Shown here piece after piece: positions 18,769 through 27,611 of a DNA stretch of 64,000 nucleotides. The stretch is from an uncultured bacterium (GTDB lineage: Bacteria > Acidobacteriota > Aminicenantia > Aminicenantales > Saccharicenantaceae), in contig CAWDSL010000026.1 of assembly GCA_963805015.1 (NCBI GenBank), positions 79,125 to 143,124 on the forward strand. The letters run 5' to 3'. The translations under genes and the position numbers were made by a program. The notes below the pieces were generated by a model, which saw only the letters and a list, made by a program, of their open reading frames with translations, did no database searches and was not told where the DNA came from. The number at the start of each line of letters is the position of its first letter. The first letter of the stretch is position 1.

Positions 18769-20690
18769 ACGTCCTGTCGATCGTCCTGTTCGTCCTCTTC
18801 GTCGCCTTCGTCCTGGGCATCTCTTTCTACTTCGCCGGGCGGGCCAAGTCGGCCAGCGGGTATTACGCCGCCGGCGGCCGCATCCACTGGGGCGTCAACG
18901 GCATCGCTTTCGCCGGCGATTACCTCTCGGCCGCCTCGTTCCTGGGCATCTGCGGCATGATCGCCACGGCCGGATACGACGGCTTCCTCTACTCCATCGG
19001 CTACCTGGCCGGCTGGATCGTCGCCCTGTTCATCGTCGCCGAGCCGCTCAAGCGCCTGGGCAAGTACACGTTCACCGACGCCCTGGACGCCAATTACAAC
19101 CACCGCGGCATCAAGCTCATGGCCGCCATCAGCACCTTGCTCGTCTCCATCTGCTACCTCATCCCGCAGATGGTCGGCGCGGGCGTCCTGGTCACGCCGC
19201 TGCTCGGCCTGCCCCACGCCGTCGGGGTCATCCTCGTCGGCCTCATCGTCATCACCATCGTGGCCACGGCCGGCATGACCTCGACGACCTACGTCCAGTT
19301 CATCAAGGGCGCGCTCCTGCTCGTCTTCTCGTTCGTCCTGGTCACCGTCGTCCTCATCCGGGGCCTCTCGACCAAGCCCGACCAGGGCGGCCGGGTCCCC
19401 TACCGGGAATTCCGGACGCTGGCCGCGACGGAATCGGAGGGCGTCCTGGCCCTCGACGACCCGGCCTGGCAGATCGCCGCCGTGCGCGAGGTCAAGGGCC
19501 TCCGCTTCGTCAAGCTCCTGAGCGACGGCCGCGAGAGCTGGTGGAGGGCGGAGAAGGACGCGGCGACCGGGGCCCTGAAGCTCCAGGAATCCCAGTTCAC
19601 GGCCCGCTTGGCCGACGGCAGCCAGTGGGTCAACGGCAGCCCCGCGTCCAAGGAGAACGAGCTGGCCCAGGTCGGCAACATGGAGTCGATCGCGGGCAAG
19701 ACCGGGCCCGAGGCCGCGACCGGGAGCCTCAATCCCTTCAAGTTCCTCTCGCTCGTCGGCGACCCGAAAAGCCGGATCAAGCTTTGGAAGAACGCCTCCT
19801 TCGACGACAACGGCGGCCGGGTGACGGTCTACTATCCCGTCTTCGCGGCCGGCAACAAGGTCCTCCGGCCGGGCCAGCGCTTCAAGGTCGAGGGGACGAC
19901 GACCGACCGGATCGACTTCCTGTCGCTCATGCTGGCCCTGTTCCTGGGCACGGCCGCCCTGCCCCACATCCTCATCCGCTACTACACCGTCCCCAGCCCG
20001 GCCGCGGCCCGGAAATCGACCATCGTGGCCATCGCCGCCATCGGCTTCTTCTATATCCTGACCCTGTTCATGGGCCTGGGGGCGATGACCAACGGGACCG
20101 TCAACCTGCTCGACGACAACATGTCCGCGCCCCTGCTGGCCCGCTCGTTCGGGACCTTCCTGTTCTCGATGATCTCGGCCATCGCCTTCGCCACCGTGCT
20201 GGGCACGGTCAGCGGGCTGATCATCGCCGCCTCCGGCGCGGTCGCCCACGACCTGCTCGACCGCTTCGGCAAGGTCATCAAGAACGACAAGCAGAAGGTC
20301 AACGCCGGCAAGATCGTCGCCTTCGCCGTGGGCGCCCTGGCCATCGTCCTGGGGATCATCTTCAAGGGCGTCAACGTCACCTTCCTGGTCGGCCTGGCCT
20401 TCGCCGTGGCGGCCTCGGCCAACCTGCCGTCGATCGTCATGATGCTGTTCTGGAAGAGGACGACCGCCCAGGGCATCACCGCCTCGATCTTCGTCGGCGT
20501 CTTCTCGTCGATCGGCCTGATCCTCTTCTCGCCGACCATGTTCGAGCTCTACGGCAAGGACCCCCTGACGGCCCCGTTCCCCCTGAAGAATCCGGGCATC
20601 GTCTCCATCCCGCTGAGCTTCCTGACGCTCGTCGTCGTGTCCCTTCTCACCCGCAAAAAAGCGAAGAGCGAGGCGGCCCCGGCCGTCTGA
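18765..20690 (+). CDS. actP: cation/acetate symporter (solute:sodium symporter family)
   Basis: Starts MNVLSIVLFVLFVAFVLGISFYFAGRAKSASGYYAAGGRIHWGVNGIAFAGDYLSAASFLG, a typical ActP N-terminus. About 13-14 TM segments. Preceded by a DUF485 gene. Confidence 0.85.
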   Translation: MNVLSIVLFVLFVAFVLGISFYFAGRAKSASGYYAAGGRIHWGVNGIAFAGDYLSAASFLGICGMIATAGYDGFLYSIGYLAGWIVALFIVAEPLKRLGKYTFTDALDANYNHRGIKLMAAISTLLVSICYLIPQMVGAGVLVTPLLGLPHAVGVILVGLIVITIVATAGMTSTTYVQFIKGALLLVFSFVLVTVVLIRGLSTKPDQGGRVPYREFRTLAATESEGVLALDDPAWQIAAVREVKGLRFVKLLSDGRESWWRAEKDAATGALKLQESQFTARLADGSQWVNGSPASKENELAQVGNMESIAGKTGPEAATGSLNPFKFLSLVGDPKSRIKLWKNASFDDNGGRVTVYYPVFAAGNKVLRPGQRFKVEGTTTDRIDFLSLMLALFLGTAALPHILIRYYTVPSPAAARKSTIVAIAAIGFFYILTLFMGLGAMTNGTVNLLDDNMSAPLLARSFGTFLFSMISAIAFATVLGTVSGLIIAASGAVAHDLLDRFGKVIKNDKQKVNAGKIVAFAVGALAIVLGIIFKGVNVTFLVGLAFAVAASANLPSIVMMLFWKRTTAQGITASIFVGVFSSIGLILFSPTMFELYGKDPLTAPFPLKNPGIVSIPLSFLTLVVVSLLTRKKAKSEAAPAV

Positions 20691-20707
20691 CCGGACGCGC
20701 AAAAAAA

Positions 20708-20750
20708 GGGGCCGTCCCGGTCCGCGGTCATCGCGGTCCGGGACGGCCCC
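20708..20750. terminator. bidirectional intrinsic terminator between convergent actP and the AOS gene
   Basis: GGGGCCGTCCCGGTCCGCG-gtcat-CGCGGTCCGGGACGGCCCC: a 19-bp stem with one mismatch, flanked by AAAAAAA upstream and TTT downstream. Confidence 0.7.
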
Positions 20751-20770
20751 TTTCGATACTTACCTGTCCT

Positions 20771-22018
20771 TCACATCCCGTACTTGGCGATGATGTCCTG
20801 CTTGGTCTTGCCCAGGATGTCGAACGTCTTGCCGACCTTGGTGAACGCCGCGAGCGCCTTGTCGAGGTGGTGCGTCTCGTGGCCGGCCGAGATCTGGGTC
20901 CGGATGCGGGCCTGGCTCTGGGGAACGACCGGGAAGAAGAAGCCGATGGCGTAGATGCCCTCGTCGTAGAGGGCCCGGGAGAAGTCCTGGGCCAGCTTGG
21001 CGTTGAAGAGCATGACCGGGACGATGGGGGTGTCCCCTTCCTTGAGGACGAAGCCGGCCTCGGTCAGGCCCTTGCGCCAGTAGGCGGCGTTCCGCTCGAG
21101 CTTGTCGCGCCGCTCCGTCGACTTGGAGATGATGTCCATGACCTTGAGCACGCCGGCCACGACCACGGGGGCGATGGTGTTGGAGAACAGGTACGGCCGG
21201 GCCCGCTGGCGGCAGAGCTCGACCAGCTCGCGGCGGCCGCTGACGCAGCCCCCGGAGGCCCCGCCGAGGGCCTTGCCGAAGGTCGTGGTGATGACGTCCA
21301 TCTGGCCGACGACGCCGCACTTCTCGTGGGTGCCCCGGCCGGTCTTACCGATGAAGCCGGAGGAGTGCGATTCGTCGACCAGGACCATGGCGTCGTATTT
21401 CTGGCAGACCGCGGCCATCTCGTCGAGCTTGGCCGTGTCCCCGTCCATGGAGAAGACGCCGTCCGTGACCACCAGCTTGAGGCGCTTGTCGGCGTGGAGC
21501 TGCAGCTTCTCCTCGAGGTGTCCCATGTCGGAGTGCTTGATCGTGTCGTGCATGGCGCTGCAGAGGCGGATGCCGTCGACGAGCGAGGCATGGACGAGGC
21601 GGTCGGAGATGATGACGTCGTCCTTGGTCAGGATGGCCTCGAAGACGCCGGCGTTGGCGTCCATGCAGGAGGGGAAGAGGAGCGTGTCCTCGGTCCCCAG
21701 GAACTCGGTCAGCCGGTGCTCGAGCTCGCGGTGGATGTCCTGGGTGCCGCAGATGAAGCGGACCGAGGACATGCCGTAGCCGCGCGACTCCAGCCCCTCG
21801 TGCGCCGCCTGGACCACGTCGGGATGGCTCGACAGCCCGAGGTAATTGTTGGCGCACATATTGATGACCTTCTTGAGAGGGGCGCCGGCCGGGAACTCGA
21901 CCTCGATGTCGGCCGCCTGGGGCGAGTGGATGAACCGCTCCTGCTTGAAGAGTCCCGCCTCCTGGATGCCCTTGATCTGGGCCTGGTAAGTGCCGCGGAT
22001 CTTGTCGCTGTAGGCCAC
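20771..22018 (-). CDS. PLP-dependent alpha-oxoamine synthase, Kbl-like paralog (glycine C-acetyltransferase / serine palmitoyltransferase family)
   Basis: 415-aa ORF with a GTG start. Family motifs NNYLGL, SVRFICGTQ, TDGVFSMDGD, TFGKALGG (PLP lysine). Carries a C-terminal extension ..DILGKTKQDIIAKYGM that I do not recall in E. coli Kbl. Confidence 0.85.
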   Translation of the reverse strand: MAYSDKIRGTYQAQIKGIQEAGLFKQERFIHSPQAADIEVEFPAGAPLKKVINMCANNYLGLSSHPDVVQAAHEGLESRGYGMSSVRFICGTQDIHRELEHRLTEFLGTEDTLLFPSCMDANAGVFEAILTKDDVIISDRLVHASLVDGIRLCSAMHDTIKHSDMGHLEEKLQLHADKRLKLVVTDGVFSMDGDTAKLDEMAAVCQKYDAMVLVDESHSSGFIGKTGRGTHEKCGVVGQMDVITTTFGKALGGASGGCVSGRRELVELCRQRARPYLFSNTIAPVVVAGVLKVMDIISKSTERRDKLERNAAYWRKGLTEAGFVLKEGDTPIVPVMLFNAKLAQDFSRALYDEGIYAIGFFFPVVPQSQARIRTQISAGHETHHLDKALAAFTKVGKTFDILGKTKQDIIAKYGM

Positions 22019-22022
22019 GGTG

Positions 22023-22280
22023 CTATCCCTTCTTGGCCACGAAGCGCTCGACGAGCGAGACGATCTTGTTGACCGAGTCGAAGGCCTCGGGCGTGGCCTC
22101 GTCGTCGGGGATGGCGATGGCGTACTTGTTCTCGAGGAAGCGCTTGAGCGAGACCATCGAGAACGAGTCGACGATGCCGCCCGAGATGAGGGGCGTATCG
22201 TAGGTCAGCGGCTCGCTGTCGTCCTCCAGATACTCCTTGGTGACGTAGTTCAGGACGATGTCCTTGAGTACTTCGGCCAT
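22023..22280 (-). CDS. stand-alone acyl carrier protein
   Basis: 85-aa acidic protein with the phosphopantetheine-attachment motif GGIVDSFSMVSL. Lies 4 nt upstream of the AOS start. Confidence 0.8.
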   Translation of the reverse strand: MAEVLKDIVLNYVTKEYLEDDSEPLTYDTPLISGGIVDSFSMVSLKRFLENKYAIAIPDDEATPEAFDSVNKIVSLVERFVAKKG

Positions 22281-22300
22281 GATGACTCTCCTTTTTTATG

Positions 22301-24004
22301 TCAATCGTTTTCGAGCGTGGACGTGTCGCCGATCTCCTCGCCCCATTCCTTGGCGTGGAGGAGCCGGCGCATGATCTTGCCGCTCCGCGTCTTGGGGAGC
22401 GACGGAACGAACTCGATCTCCTGGGGCATGGCCAGGGGCGAGAGCTTCTTGCGGATGAAGTTCATGATCTCGAGGTCGAGGTCCTTGCTGGCCGTGAAGC
22501 CGGGCTTGAGCGTGACGAAGGCCTTGACCACCTCGAGGTTGATCGGGTCGGGCTTGGAGACGACGGCCGACTCGGCCACCGCCGGATGCTCGAGCAGGGC
22601 CGATTCGACCTCGAAGGGGCTGACCAGGTGGCCGGCCGTGTTGATGATGTCGTCGTCGCGGCCGGCGAACCAGAAGTAGCCGTCGGCGTCGAGCTTGGAC
22701 CGGTCGCCGGTGATGTACCAGCCGTTTCGGAATTTCTTATTGAAAGCCTCTTCGTTGTTCCAGTAGGTCCGCATGCGCGAGGGCCAGTCGAACTTGAGCC
22801 CGACCAGGCCGATCTTGCCGTGGGTCGTGTAGGGCTCGTTCTTGACCGGGTCGAGGACGGTCCCGGTGATGCCGGGGAAGGGCTTGCCCATGGAGCCCGG
22901 CCGGACCTCCATGTCCGGGTAGTTGCTGATGACGATGGAGCCCGTCTCGGTCTGCCAATAGGTGTCGTAGAAGGGCTTGCCGAAGACCTTCTGCGACCAG
23001 ACGACGGCCTCGGAGTTGAGCGGCTCGCCGACGCTGGCCAGGTGGCGGAGCGAGGACAGGTCGAACTTCTTGACGATCTCGTCGCCGGCCTTCATGAGCG
23101 ACCGGATGGCCGTCGGGGCCGAGTACCACATCGTCACCTTGCGCTTCTCGATCCATTTGTACCAGGCCTCGGCCGAGAAGCCGGCGTCGAGGACGCACTG
23201 GGTGACGCCCAGGGCGAAGGGGGCGATGATGCCGTAGGACGTGCCCGTGACCCAGCCGGGATCGGCCGTGCACCAGTAGATGTCGTCGTCGCGGATGTCG
23301 AGGACCCACTTGGCCGTCAGGTACTGGGAGATGAGCGAGTAGTGGACGTGCTTGACGCCCTTGGGCATGCCGGTCGTGCCCGAGGTGTAGTGGAGGACCG
23401 AGGGTGACTCGGCCGTCGTCGGGTGGACGTCGAACCGCTCGACGGGCGCGGACTTTTCGAGCGAGAAGGCGACCTCGCGGTCCTTGAGCGGCGTGACGCC
23501 GTCATGGTCGACGATGACGATGTGCCGGAGGTGGGGCAGCTTGTCCAGGATCTTGCGGACCTTGGGGGCATGCTTCTTCTGGGTGATGACGGCCGAGGTC
23601 TCGGCGTTGGCCAGGCGGACGAGGAGCGACTCGTCGCCGAAGGCCGAGAAGAGCGGCTGGGCGATGGCCCCGGTCTTGAGGATGCCCAGGAAGCCCAGGT
23701 AAAGCTCGGGGATGCGGTCCAGGAACAGGCAGACGCGCTCCTCGGGCTTGAGGCCGAGTCCGCGCAGGAAGGAGGCGATGGTGTTCGAGGCCAGGCGGAT
23801 GTCGTTATAGGTGTAGGTCTTTTCCGCCCCGGTGAAGCCTTCCCAGTAGAGGGCGACCTTGTCCCCCTTGCCCTGCTGGCAGATGCGGTCGGTGCAGTAC
23901 CAGCCGATGTTGATGGCGTCGCCGGGCTTCCAGCCGAGCTCCTTCTCGGCGATGGCCCAGCTGAAGTCCTTGACGCGTTCGTCGTAGGAGCCGATGTTCG
24001 ACAT
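22301..24004 (-). CDS. AMP-forming acyl ligase of the acetyl-CoA synthetase (AcsA) type
   Basis: Start MSNIGSYDERVKDF (ATG 24004, GAGAGAGGAA upstream). AMP-binding motifs YTSGTTGMPKG, TGDR. C-terminal tail LPKTRSGKIMRRLL..GDTSTLEND as in true acetyl-CoA synthetases. Confidence 0.85.
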   Translation of the reverse strand: MSNIGSYDERVKDFSWAIAEKELGWKPGDAINIGWYCTDRICQQGKGDKVALYWEGFTGAEKTYTYNDIRLASNTIASFLRGLGLKPEERVCLFLDRIPELYLGFLGILKTGAIAQPLFSAFGDESLLVRLANAETSAVITQKKHAPKVRKILDKLPHLRHIVIVDHDGVTPLKDREVAFSLEKSAPVERFDVHPTTAESPSVLHYTSGTTGMPKGVKHVHYSLISQYLTAKWVLDIRDDDIYWCTADPGWVTGTSYGIIAPFALGVTQCVLDAGFSAEAWYKWIEKRKVTMWYSAPTAIRSLMKAGDEIVKKFDLSSLRHLASVGEPLNSEAVVWSQKVFGKPFYDTYWQTETGSIVISNYPDMEVRPGSMGKPFPGITGTVLDPVKNEPYTTHGKIGLVGLKFDWPSRMRTYWNNEEAFNKKFRNGWYITGDRSKLDADGYFWFAGRDDDIINTAGHLVSPFEVESALLEHPAVAESAVVSKPDPINLEVVKAFVTLKPGFTASKDLDLEIMNFIRKKLSPLAMPQEIEFVPSLPKTRSGKIMRRLLHAKEWGEEIGDTSTLEND

Positions 24005-24027
24005 GAGCGATTCCTCTCTCGTGGGGA

Positions 24028-24411
24028 TTATGCGGTCTTCGTCTCGAGAACGACCACGGCCGAGGCCAGGTCCTTGATGTGCGTAAGCGAGACTTCCATG
24101 GCCGCGATGGCGTGGGCCTCGCAGAACTCCCTGACCTTGCCGTGGACGAAGAGCTCGGGCTTGCCTTGGGCGTTGTTGACGACCTCGATATCGGAGAACT
24201 TGTGGCCGCCCGTCCAGCCGGTGCCCATGGCCTTGAGGAAGGCCTCCTTGGCGGCGAAGCGGGCGGCGAAGTGCAGGGCCGGCCGGTGCTTGGATTCGCA
24301 GTAGGCGATCTCGATCGGGGTGAAGAGCTTGGTCTTGAGGCTCTCCGTGCGGACGAGCTTGTCCTCGACCCTTTGGACCTCGATGATGTCCGTTCCCGCT
24401 CCGAAGATCAA
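24028..24411 (-). CDS. acpS: holo-ACP synthase (4'-phosphopantetheinyl transferase, AcpS type)
   Basis: 127-aa ORF MIFGAGTDIIEVQRV...FAAKEAFLKAMGTG...ISLTH-like layout typical of AcpS. First gene of the operon. Confidence 0.85.
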   Translation of the reverse strand: MIFGAGTDIIEVQRVEDKLVRTESLKTKLFTPIEIAYCESKHRPALHFAARFAAKEAFLKAMGTGWTGGHKFSDIEVVNNAQGKPELFVHGKVREFCEAHAIAAMEVSLTHIKDLASAVVVLETKTA

Positions 24412-24463
24412 AGGCTGGCACGCCTTTCGTCGATGGATGTCCCGTCCGTAAAAACGGACCTTT

Positions 24464-24491
24464 ATTATAGATAAGCCCGGCCAAAAGTCAA
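24464..24491 (-). promoter_or_regulatory. sigma-70-type promoter for the acpS operon
   Basis: On the reverse strand: TTGACT (24491-24486), 16-nt spacer, TATAAT (24469-24464). About 50 nt upstream of the acpS start. Confidence 0.5.
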
Positions 24492-24508
24492 AAGGCGCGC
24501 CGCGCCGG

Positions 24509-24895
24509 TCAGAGCCGCTCGATAACGGCCCTGAGCTTGTCCCGGACTTCGAGGCCCACGGCGCCCAGGTCCTCGTTCTTGACGGCGGCCATGGAGGCCA
24601 AAGGGTCGATCGCCGCGACCTCGACCTGGCCGGGGGCGAGCTCCTGGACGATGACGCTGCAGGGCAGCATCGTGCCGATCTTGTCCTCGGCCTGGAGGGC
24701 CTTGTAAGCGAAGGGCGCGTTGCAGGCCCCGAGGATGCGGTAGGGCCGGAAGTCGACGCCGATCTTCTCCTGGAGCGTCTTCCGGACGTCGATATCGGTC
24801 AGGACGCCGAAGCCGTCCTTCTTGAGCTCGGCCTTGACCCGCTCGACGGCCTCGTCGAACGCCAACGAGATGGTCTTGTTGAAATAGTAGCTCAT
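24509..24895 (-). CDS. DUF302 domain protein
   Basis: 128-aa ORF. MSYYFNKTISLAFDEAVERVKAELKKDGFGVLTDIDV...YRILGACNP-like pattern typical of DUF302. Confidence 0.8.
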   Translation of the reverse strand: MSYYFNKTISLAFDEAVERVKAELKKDGFGVLTDIDVRKTLQEKIGVDFRPYRILGACNAPFAYKALQAEDKIGTMLPCSVIVQELAPGQVEVAAIDPLASMAAVKNEDLGAVGLEVRDKLRAVIERL

Positions 24896-25022
24896 TTTCG
24901 TTCCTCCCGCTCATGAACCAGATTACCCCGGCCGGGCCGAAACGGCAAGGCATCGGACGGGAAGGATCGGGGCCGGGCCCCGTCCGGGGCCCGAGCCCGC
25001 TAGGATCCCGTGAGCCGTGGCG

Positions 25023-26498
25023 CTATTTCGGCGCTTCGCCGAGCTTGATGCCTAAGGCGTCGGCGACGCCCTTGCCGTAGGCCTTGTCGGCCTTCAGGCA
25101 GTTGCCGATGTGCCGGAGCTTGACGGCCTTCGGGCGCATCGCCCATGTCGGCCGCGGTGTTCGCGAAAAGTGCCTTCTGTCTGGGCCGGCTTCATCAGCC
25201 GGAAGAGCTTGCCCGGCTGGGTGTAGTAATCGTCGTCGTCCTTGCGGAAATCCCAGCGGTCGGCGGCGCCCTCGAGGGCGAGCGGCGGCTCGGCGAAATC
25301 GGGCTGTTCCTTCCATTCGTCGTAGCTGTTGGGCTCGTAGCCGAGCGTGCTCCCCTGGTTGCCGTCGACCCGCATCTGGCCGTCCCGGTGGAAGCTGTGG
25401 ACCGGGCAGCGCGGCGCGTTCACGGGGATGAGGTGGTGATTGACCCCCAGGCGGTAGCGCTGGGCGTCGCCGTAGGAGAACAGCCGGCCCTGCAGCATCT
25501 TGTCCGGCGAGAAGCCGATCCCGGGGACGATGTTGGCCGGGTTGAAGGCGGCCTGCTCGACGTCGGCGAAGTAGTTGTCCGGGTTGCGGTTGAGTTCGAC
25601 GACGCCCACTTCGATGAGCGGGTAGTCCTTGTGGTACCAGACCTTGGTCAGGTCGAACGGATTGTAGGGCATCTTGGCGGCGTCCTTCTCCGGCATGACC
25701 TGGAAATACATCGTCCAGCGGGGGAAATCGCCCTTCTCGATGCTCTCGTAGAGGTCGCGCTGGTGGCTTTCGCGGTCCCTGCCGACCAGGGCCTCCGCTT
25801 CCGCGTCGGTCAGGTTCTTGATGCCCTGCTGGGTCCTCAGGTGGAACTTGACCCAGAAGCGCTCGTTCTTGGCGTTAAGGAGGCTATAGGCGTGGCTGCC
25901 GAAGCCGTGCATGTGCCGGTAGGTGGCCGGGATGCCGCGGTCGCTCATGACGATGGTCACCTGGTGCAGGGCCTCGGGCAGGGAGGTCCAGAAATCCCAG
26001 TTGTTCCGGGCGCTCCGCAGGTTCGTGCGCGGGTCCCGTCTTGACGGCGTGGTTCAGGTCGGGGAACTTGAGCGGGTCGCGCATGAAGAAGACGGGCGTG
26101 TTGTTGCCGACCAGGTCCCAGTTGCCCTCTTCCGTGTAGAACTTCATGGCGAAGCCCCGGATGTCCCGTTCCGCGTCGGCCGCGCCGCGCTCGCCGGCGA
26201 CCGTCGAGAAGCGGATGAACAGGTCGGTCTTCTTGCCCACGGCCGAGAAAACCTTGGCCTTGGTGAACCGCGTCACGTCCTTGGTGACCTTGAACGTGCC
26301 GAAGGCGCCCGAGCCCTTGGCGTGCATGCGGCGCTCGGGGATGACCTCCCGGTCGAAATGCCCCAGCTTCTCAAGGAACCAGACGTCCTGGAGCAGGGCG
26401 GGGCCGCGGGGCCCGGCCGTCATGGTGTTCTGGTTGTCGACGACGGGCGCACCGGCGACGGTCGTCAGCTTCTTTTTGCTTTCGCTTTTCTTTGCCAT
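25023..26498 (-). pseudogene. monofunctional heme catalase (small-subunit type) interrupted by three frameshifts
   Basis: Start [33 protein letters not shown] (ATG 26498, AAGGAGGAAG upstream). The catalase sequence continues across three frame changes at about 26039, 25180 and 25131 (pieces in ORFs 25884..26822, 25094..25960, 25023..25316). Ends ..[33 protein letters not shown]. Confidence 0.85.
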
Positions 26499-26536
26499 GT
26501 CTTCCTCCTTCTTATTTATTCGATGTGCCGGCCGGC

Positions 26537-27115
26537 TCAATAGTTCTCGGCCAGGATCTCGTAGTAGGCCCGGGGGTGCTTGCAGGCCGGGCACAGGGCC
26601 GGCGCTTCCGGGCCCTCGTGGACGTAGCCGCAGTTGGTGCAGTGCCACTTGACGGGCGCCGGGCGCTTGAAGACCTGGCCGGTCTCGATATTCGCGGCCA
26701 GCTTGCGATAGCGCTTCTCGTGGAATTCCTCCACTTCGGCGATCTCCTTGAAGGAGGCCGCGACCTCCGGGAAGCCCTCGGCCCGGGCGGTCTTCTCGAA
26801 CCCGGCGTAAAGGTCGCTCCATTCCATCTTCTCGCCGGCCGCCGCGGCCTCGAGGTTGGCCTTGGTGTCCCCGATCACGCCGGCCGGGTAGGCGGCGGTG
26901 ATCTCCAGATCGCCCCCTTCCAGGTGTTTGAAGAAGACCTTGGCGTGCTCCTTCTCGTTCTCGGCGGTCTCCGTGAAGATGGCGGCGATCTGTTCGTAGC
27001 CCGCCTTACGGGCCACTCCGGCGAAATAGGTGTAGCGGTTGCGAGCCTGCGACTCCCCGGCGAAGGCCTTCAGCAGGTTCTTCTCGGTCTCGGTGCCCTT
27101 GATGGATTTGCTCAT
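26537..27115 (-). CDS. rbr: rubrerythrin
   Basis: 192-aa ORF. Ferritin-like diiron N-domain ([22 protein letters not shown]..) plus a C-terminal rubredoxin motif CTNCGY..CPACKHP. Confidence 0.9.
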   Translation of the reverse strand: MSKSIKGTETEKNLLKAFAGESQARNRYTYFAGVARKAGYEQIAAIFTETAENEKEHAKVFFKHLEGGDLEITAAYPAGVIGDTKANLEAAAAGEKMEWSDLYAGFEKTARAEGFPEVAASFKEIAEVEEFHEKRYRKLAANIETGQVFKRPAPVKWHCTNCGYVHEGPEAPALCPACKHPRAYYEILAENY

Positions 27116-27128
27116 GCGTCATGACTCC

Positions 27129-27542
27129 TTAAGGATTATTTTTTAGCGATGGCCGATGGCAGTCCGCGCACCGGCCCCGGAATTCCGTCTGATGCCCGGA
27201 AACGATGAACCCCGTGCGTTTCGAGATCCTGTCGTCGAGCCCCGGGTCGACGGGCTCGTCCAGGTCGTAGACCCGCCCGCAGGCTTCGCATCGGAAGTGA
27301 TAATGGGCGCCCTGGCAAATCTCATACCGGGACAGCGTGCCGCGGATGTCCAGGACCGATACCTTCCCGGTCCCGATCAGGACCTGCAAGTTGCGGTAGA
27401 CCGTGCCTTTGCTGATATTCGGGATGACCTTGCGGACGGAGTCATAAATACGGTCGGCCGTCGGATGCGATCTCGTTTTCCCCAGGAAGTCGAGGATGGC
27501 CTTCCGCTGCTTGGTATCTCTAGGGGCCTTATTGATATTCAT
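27129..27542 (-). CDS. Fur-family transcriptional repressor, PerR-like
   Basis: 137-aa ORF. Winged-helix N-domain (RKAILDFL..HPTADRIYDSVRKVIPNISKGTVYRNLQVL), then a metal-site HYHFRC..C and C-terminal CxxC. First gene of the operon with rbr and the catalase. Confidence 0.8.
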   Translation of the reverse strand: MNINKAPRDTKQRKAILDFLGKTRSHPTADRIYDSVRKVIPNISKGTVYRNLQVLIGTGKVSVLDIRGTLSRYEICQGAHYHFRCEACGRVYDLDEPVDPGLDDRISKRTGFIVSGHQTEFRGRCADCHRPSLKNNP

Positions 27543-27543
27543 T

Positions 27544-27583
27544 CCTATTATTGATAATAGGGCAAAGACAGGACTCTTGTCAA
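27544..27583 (-). promoter_or_regulatory. sigma-70-type promoter with overlapping palindromic operator upstream of the Fur-family gene
   Basis: Reverse strand: TTGACA (27583-27578), 18-nt spacer, TATTAT (27559-27554). The palindrome CCTATTAT-TG-ATAATAGG (27544-27561) covers the -10. Only 11 nt separate the -10 from the ATG. Confidence 0.5.
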
Positions 27584-27611
27584 GCCCCCCCCTTCACAAA
27601 ATCCCGCAGTC

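Noticed and set aside
24416-24431. TGGCACGCCTTTCGT, a sigma-54 -24-like element in the acpS leader region.
   Set aside because: The -12 position reads CGT instead of TGC (no GC dinucleotide at the right spacing). It is on the forward strand, where no gene follows.
24955-25022. GC-rich hairpin (CGGGCCCC-ggac-GGGGCCCG on the reverse strand) after the catalase stop, as a possible terminator.
   Set aside because: No U-tract follows on the transcribed strand. Such GC palindromes are common in this sequence, so it was not called as a terminator.
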